IMG/VR virus record: IMGVR_UViG_2711768001_000007
Length of the DNA stretch: 10,858 bases
Source of the DNA: a virus
Taxonomy: Duplodnaviria > Heunggongvirae > Uroviricota > Caudoviricetes
Reading direction: 5' to 3' (one strand)
A program made the translations under genes and the position numbers. This document shows, piece by piece, positions 7,024 through 10,858 of this stretch; position 1 is the stretch's first letter; every line of letters starts with the position of its first letter. The notes beneath the pieces were generated by a model. The model did not search any database. It worked only from the letters and a program-made list of their open reading frames with translations, and was not told where the DNA came from.

Positions 7024-8933
7024 ATCGCTGGTACACCATTAAGGCGGCGGATGTTCGCGGAGCGGCGGATATATCTATCTATGAGGAGATTGGCGGCTTC
7101 GGTGTTACTGCAAAGCAGTTCGCGGAAGACCTGAAAGCCCTTGGCGATGTTTCACATATCAATCTGAGGATCCATTCACCAGGTGGTGATGTGTTTGAAG
7201 GCATCGCCATCTATAACCTGCTACGGAATCATCCGGCAGACATTACGGTTTATATCGATGGTGTTGCGGCTTCAATGGCTTCGGTGGTCGCAATGGCTGG
7301 CGATCGTGTTGTGATGCCGGAAAACGCCATGATGATGATACATAAGCCGTGGGGTATCTCTGGCGGAAATGCTGGTGATATGCGTGATTATGCTGATTTG
7401 CTGGATAAGGTGGAAACCGTGTTAGTCCCTGCTTATGCCAGAAAAACGGGCAAATCAGCACAGGAAATTACCGCCATGCTGGAAGATGAAACCTGGATGG
7501 ACGGGAAAGAATGCCTTAAGCACGGTTTTGCTGATGAATTGTTGCCATCCGTCAGAGCAATGGCGCGAATTGAATCGAAGCGCACAGGAGATTTTTTACA
7601 TATGCCGGAAACCATTAAAGGAATGATTACACCGCCACAGGGAGCGGCAAATATTGCTGGTAATGAACAGAAACGCATCAATGGAATAAGTGAAGTGTTT
7701 AGCCTGTTCGGCAGTCGTTACGACGGGATCAAAATGGCGTGTCTGGAAGATGCATCATGTACACCGGAAATGGCCCGTGAAAAGCTGTTGAACGAGCTGG
7801 GGCGCGAGTCCACGCCATCCAATAAAAATACCCCGGCTCATATCTATGCCGGAAACGGAAACATAACAGGTGATGCAATTCGTCAGGGGCTTTATTCCCG
7901 TCTTGGGTATGAACGGCCTGAACGAGGCAACCCTTACGCGATGATGAGTCTTTTTGAAATGGCCCAGGCATCACTGGTTGATCGTGGTATCACTGTGAGC
8001 GGTTTTATTAATCGCTCGCAGGTTGTTAATGCGGCTTTTACACACAGCAGCAGTGATTTTTCTCATATTCTGGCTGGTGGGGCTGAAAAATCTGTACTGA
8101 AAGGCTGGCAGGACAGCGGCGAAACGTTCCAGAAATGGACGCGTACCGGTTCGCTTTCAAACTTTCATGAAGCAAAGCGCGTTGGTCTGAATGGTTTTTC
8201 AAAGCTGGATAAAGTACCGGAAGGTGCGGAATATAAATACATCACCACCAGCGATAAAGGTGTACCTATTGCGCTGGCCACGTACGGGAATATATTTTCC
8301 GTTACCCGTCAGGCCATTATCAACGATGACCTGACCCAGTTAACTACAATCCCCATGGCGATGGGACGCGCAGCTGCCAGAACAGTTGGCAATCTGGTTT
8401 ATCTCCTGTTAACCAGCAACGGCAAGTTTACGGATGGTAAAGCGTTATTCCATGCCGATCATAAAAATCTTATTGCGAAGGATATGGACATGGAGGGGCT
8501 TAACGAAGCCCGTAAGCTGATGCGCCTCCAGGAAGACGCTAACGGCGATTCGCTGAATATTACCCCTGCATTTGTCCTGGTCCCCGCCGCGCTGGAGTCT
8601 GCCGCACATCGCGCCATTCTGTCATCGTCATCACTCTTTCCGGTTGATGGCGTGGGCACTATCAATCAGAACCCCGGCATCATTAACGTGGTGAAAGATA
8701 TGGCGGAGGTAATCGTTGAGCCACGTCTTGATAAAGCCAATAACAAGGAGTGGTATGTGGCAGCGGCGAAGGGTATGGACACGATAGAGGTCGCTTATCT
8801 TGATGGTATTGATACGCCATATCTTGAGGAGCAGGAGGGCTTTACTGTTGATGGCGTCGCCTGGAAGGTGCGCATAGATGCAGGTGTCGCGGCCCTCGAC
8901 TATCGCGGATTACTGAAATCGAGTGGAGCATGA
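7020..8933 (+). CDS. Fusion protein: N-terminal ClpP-family prohead protease plus C-terminal probable phage major capsid protein
   Basis: N-terminal ~190 aa align with ClpP: IHSPGGDV vs INSPGGVI, GVAASMAS vs GQAASMGA (catalytic Ser), MIHKPW vs MIHQP (catalytic His). The C-terminal ~440 aa have capsid-like character (ending ...GVAALDYRG); that part is a judgement call. Confidence 0.8.
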   Translation: MNRWYTIKAADVRGAADISIYEEIGGFGVTAKQFAEDLKALGDVSHINLRIHSPGGDVFEGIAIYNLLRNHPADITVYIDGVAASMASVVAMAGDRVVMPENAMMMIHKPWGISGGNAGDMRDYADLLDKVETVLVPAYARKTGKSAQEITAMLEDETWMDGKECLKHGFADELLPSVRAMARIESKRTGDFLHMPETIKGMITPPQGAANIAGNEQKRINGISEVFSLFGSRYDGIKMACLEDASCTPEMAREKLLNELGRESTPSNKNTPAHIYAGNGNITGDAIRQGLYSRLGYERPERGNPYAMMSLFEMAQASLVDRGITVSGFINRSQVVNAAFTHSSSDFSHILAGGAEKSVLKGWQDSGETFQKWTRTGSLSNFHEAKRVGLNGFSKLDKVPEGAEYKYITTSDKGVPIALATYGNIFSVTRQAIINDDLTQLTTIPMAMGRAAARTVGNLVYLLLTSNGKFTDGKALFHADHKNLIAKDMDMEGLNEARKLMRLQEDANGDSLNITPAFVLVPAALESAAHRAILSSSSLFPVDGVGTINQNPGIINVVKDMAEVIVEPRLDKANNKEWYVAAAKGMDTIEVAYLDGIDTPYLEEQEGFTVDGVAWKVRIDAGVAALDYRGLLKSSGA

Positions 8934-8937
8934 CAAC

Positions 8938-8963
8938 AAGGGCGGCGATAGCCGCCTTTTTTT
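8938..8963 (+). terminator. GC hairpin plus T-run after the capsid gene; terminator-like, and also contains a 9-nt match to lambda cosN
   Basis: Stem GGCGGC (8941-8946) / GCCGCC (8951-8956), loop GATA, T-run 8957-8963. GGGCGGCGA (8940-8948) matches the first 9 nt of lambda cosN GGGCGGCGACCT as I recall it. Confidence 0.5.
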
Positions 8964-9035
8964 ACGGGTCCTCCCGGTGGGGTGGTCTGCCACGGGGCGG
9001 GAGCGGCGCGGAAAAAGGCTAGTTTTTGCATTTTC
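8964..9035 (+). repeat. Conserved ~70-bp element, copy 2 (about 92% identical to 6429-6497)
   Basis: See copy 1. Same position relative to a GC hairpin plus T-run. Confidence 0.7.
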
Positions 9036-9190
9036 ATTCGTCATCATCATCTTTCTATAATGTTGAATTTTAAGTGTTTTTATTTTTGGTATGTTAATTT
9101 TGCTTATTTTGTGTTCAACATACAGCGCGTTTTTTGACCTTTTTTAAAAGATATTTGCAAGATGCATTTTTAAAACATTCTGGAGCGGGT

Positions 9191-9676
9191 ATGGATCGGG
9201 AACTGAAAAATCTGATGCTGAACATTAACCAGCTGGCGGCGATAGCGGGAATATGTCGCCAGACTGCGGCGGCAAGGCTGAAAAATATCCAGCCAGCCGG
9301 AGGACATGACAAGCTGAAACTCTATCGGGTGACTGACATTCTGACTTGTTTTCTTGATCTTCCCGTTCCGGCATCACTGGAAGAAATGGAGCCACACGAC
9401 CGTAAGGCCTGGTATCAGTCCGAACGTGAGCGCCTCAAGTTCGAACAGGAAACGGCGCAACTCATACCCGCCGATGATGTGCGAAAAGAGATGGCTATAT
9501 GGGGAGAAATCGTAAGCGAGGAACTGGAAAAACTCCCCAGTATTCTGGCACGTGATGTTGGGCTTAAACCGATGGCAGTAAACAGAGTGCAGTCAATTAT
9601 TGACGATTTGTGTAATCAGATTATCAGCCGGATGGTAAAAAATGACGTAGTGAATGAGGTCGCAAAACAGGCATGA
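9191..9676 (+). CDS. Terminase small subunit, lambda Nu1-like
   Basis: From ATG 9191 (GGAG RBS 9183-9186). NQLAAIAGICRQTAAARLKNIQPAGGHDKLKLYRVTDIL parallels lambda Nu1 KKQLADIFGASIRTIQNWQEQGMPVLRGGGKGNEVLYDSAAVI (from memory). The track ORF starts at TTG 9134, which I consider less likely. Confidence 0.7.
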   Translation: MDRELKNLMLNINQLAAIAGICRQTAAARLKNIQPAGGHDKLKLYRVTDILTCFLDLPVPASLEEMEPHDRKAWYQSERERLKFEQETAQLIPADDVRKEMAIWGEIVSEELEKLPSILARDVGLKPMAVNRVQSIIDDLCNQIISRMVKNDVVNEVAKQA

Positions 9677-9960
9677 TAATGACCGAATCTGAAATACTGC
9701 GATTAATCCGCTGTGCTGGTGGAATTAGCCAGTTGGCTGACGAACAGGCCGCGCAGCCGGATACAGTCACCGCTGAAAATTACGCGCGTGTGGTGGCTGA
9801 GGTGATGCGCCGTGACGGTATTGAGCTTAACGGCGTGGATATGCGCAACATACGAACCAGAGTCCTTGAGTTGCTGGCATACCGTCGCCGTTCTCAACAA
9901 CGGAGGGAGAGCGCGAAAAATACTTACCAGTGGAAGAAGCCGGAACGGTTGCAGCGGTAG
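9673..9960 (+). CDS. Hypothetical 95-aa protein with weak resemblance to the N-terminal Nu1-binding segment of lambda large terminase gpA
   Basis: ATGA overlap with the terS-like gene, as Nu1 and A overlap in lambda. SEILRLIRCAGGISQLADEQAAQPDTVTAENY vs gpA SQVNRLRHFVRAGLRSLFRPEPQTAVEWADANY. Similarity ends after ~40 aa and the ORF stops at 95 aa. Confidence 0.45.
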   Translation: MIMTESEILRLIRCAGGISQLADEQAAQPDTVTAENYARVVAEVMRRDGIELNGVDMRNIRTRVLELLAYRRRSQQRRESAKNTYQWKKPERLQR

Positions 9961-10299
9961 ATTCCTGATATTCAGGAAAACCACGAATCTGTGGGGTTTA
10001 CTGGCGCGGTTACGGCGGTGACACGCACCGAGGCAGAACAATTACCGTAGGTTAAAGCGACAGTATTCACACCAAAGGCAGAAATTAGCGGTTAACGTAA
10101 CTGACTGATATTTTCGGGAACAGCCAACGGCTGAGGCCGGAGCTATAAAAATAGCTTTGGGTACAGTCCTCAGTTTTGAGGGATGTTAACCAACTGAATA
10201 ATAAGCAAACCTCAAAATTGAGTTTTGTATCTGCCTGAGTTATTTCTGTGCTAACTTGCTGATATTCCCGATAGCGCAAAAGTGCGTTGGCTGGTGGGT

Positions 10300-10319
10300 G
10301 AGTTGCAGATCTGCAACTC
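10300..10319. repeat. Perfect 20-bp palindrome GAGTTGCAGATCTGCAACTC
   Basis: Reverse complement is identical; in a non-coding region with other dyads at 10338-10358 (ACTACCC/GGGTAGT) and 10392-10412 (GATACCC/GGGTATC). Confidence 0.7.
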
Positions 10320-10445
10320 GACCATGAAATTACGGAAACTACCCGTAGTTTGGGTAGTAAGAGTAACACCCAGATTTTGGGGCTTACTCGCGATACCCAA
10401 ATAAAGGGTATCTGTGGAAGAAATATCGTTTCTCATATGTGAGTA

Positions 10446-10516
10446 CCGAGGGCGGAATTCCGCCTTCGGTTACTTATTGTGCTCATGCACAGGGAGGGGC
10501 GGGTCAAATCCCTGTG
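10446..10516. repeat. Cluster of three hairpin/palindrome elements: near-perfect 24-bp palindrome with GGCGGAATTCCGCC core (10451-10464), TGTGC/GCACA (10478-10491), CACAGGGA/TCCCTGTG (10488-10516)
   Basis: Read directly from the sequence; non-coding. Could be a structured RNA or protein-binding sites. Confidence 0.6.
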
Positions 10517-10660
10517 ACCTGACGTCTTCCGGACTGCCAGCCCCATCGATTTTTTATACCCGCGAAAAATGAAAAACGCTTCACGCTGGTGGGCCTGATG
10601 CCGATAACTGGTTTCATGACTGATAGCCGGAAAATGATAACGATTAAAGCGTGTTGATCT

Positions 10661-10717
10661 TTGTTCGTGGTTGTTCGATATTGTTCGTGGAACGGTGTAG
10701 TTAATGGTGTAGTTAAT
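10661..10717. promoter_or_regulatory. Putative integrase arm-type sites at the right end: three 10-bp-phased TTGTTCG decamers (10661-10690) and tandem GGTGTAGTTAAT x2 (10694-10717)
   Basis: Mirror of the motif content at 91-164, same orientation, about 70 bp inside the right terminal repeat. Confidence 0.4.
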
Positions 10718-10788
10718 TTTACTGTTTTTGACGAGCTTATTGTTTGCAACTCAATGAAAAATAAAGGCTAATAAGCCAAATACTATAA

Positions 10789-10858
10789 ATGATAGTTATT
10801 TATCATCTAGTGTTCGCGGGTGTTCGTGGTAGTGTTTTGTGTGCATTCATCGCTATGA
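10789..10858. repeat. Right terminal direct repeat, 70 bp, identical to 1-70; putative att core (attR side)
   Basis: Exact identity to 1-70. Confidence 0.8.

Larger units (their letters stand above)
8938..9190 (+). other. Putative cos-like packaging region upstream of the Nu1-like gene
   Basis: cosN-like 9-mer at 8940-8948; TTCGTCAT (9038-9045) and TTAAGTGTTTTTATTT (9070-9085) resemble the lambda cosB segment TTCGTCATAACTTAATGTTTTTATTT (from memory). Lies about 250 bp upstream of the terS-like start, as cosN lies ~190 bp upstream of lambda Nu1. No lambda R-site (CGTTTCC) copies seen. Confidence 0.4.

Noticed and set aside
7243-7974. Several minus-strand ORFs (72-82 aa) inside the protease-capsid gene
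   Set aside because: Antisense to a well-supported gene with clear ClpP motifs; typical shadow ORFs.
9011-9035. Sigma-54 promoter (GG...GC) in the conserved element GGCTGGTTTTTGCA
   Set aside because: Only 5 nt separate GG from GC where about 10 are required.
9026-9061. Sigma-70 promoter from TTGCAT (9026-9031) and a perfect TATAAT (9056-9061)
   Set aside because: Spacer is 24 bp; the hexamers at correct spacing are poor. The TATAAT might still serve an activator-dependent promoter, so it is not called.
10440-10520. tRNA or tmRNA 3' end as integration target near the right repeat
   Set aside because: The hairpin with a TCAAATCC loop is T-arm-like, but the stem is 8 bp with a 13-nt loop and no cloverleaf or acceptor stem can be drawn. 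The 70-bp terminal repeat also does not resemble a tRNA.
10085-10749. Minus-strand ORFs (94, 61 and 81 aa) in the right-end region
   Set aside because: No RBS, low-complexity translations, and they run through dense palindromes; the region is more likely non-coding.
1-10858. Terminal 70-bp identity as a circular-contig assembly overlap rather than att duplication
   Set aside because: Not fully excluded. Flanking sequence just inside each repeat is related but not identical (arm-like repeats), which fits attL/attR of an integrated element better than a simple overlap.

Overview
The window appears to be one complete ~10.8 kb integrative, phage-satellite-like element, bounded by a perfect 70-bp direct repeat (1-70 = 10789-10858). 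Left to right: a P4-type tyrosine integrase, an AlpA-family regulator, a divergent switch region (Arc-like RHH gene transcribed leftward, two perfect TGTGCGCACA palindromic operators over back-to-back promoters), a rightward operon of three small unknown ORFs translationally coupled to a replication protein (D5_N-like region plus P-loop helicase), a GGTGAACAG/CTGTTCACC iteron origin, a small ORF plus an SSB homolog, a ClpP-like protease fused to a probable major capsid protein, and a lambda-Nu1-like small terminase followed by a 95-aa ORF that may resemble the N-terminus of the lambda large terminase. I found no portal, full-length large terminase, tail or lysis genes. The most interesting points are the packaging module with a candidate lambda-like cos site, a ~70-bp element duplicated after two GC hairpins, the capsid-only morphogenesis content, and a palindrome-dense ~830-bp non-coding right end. 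All calls come from reading the sequence and the ORF track; no database search was run.
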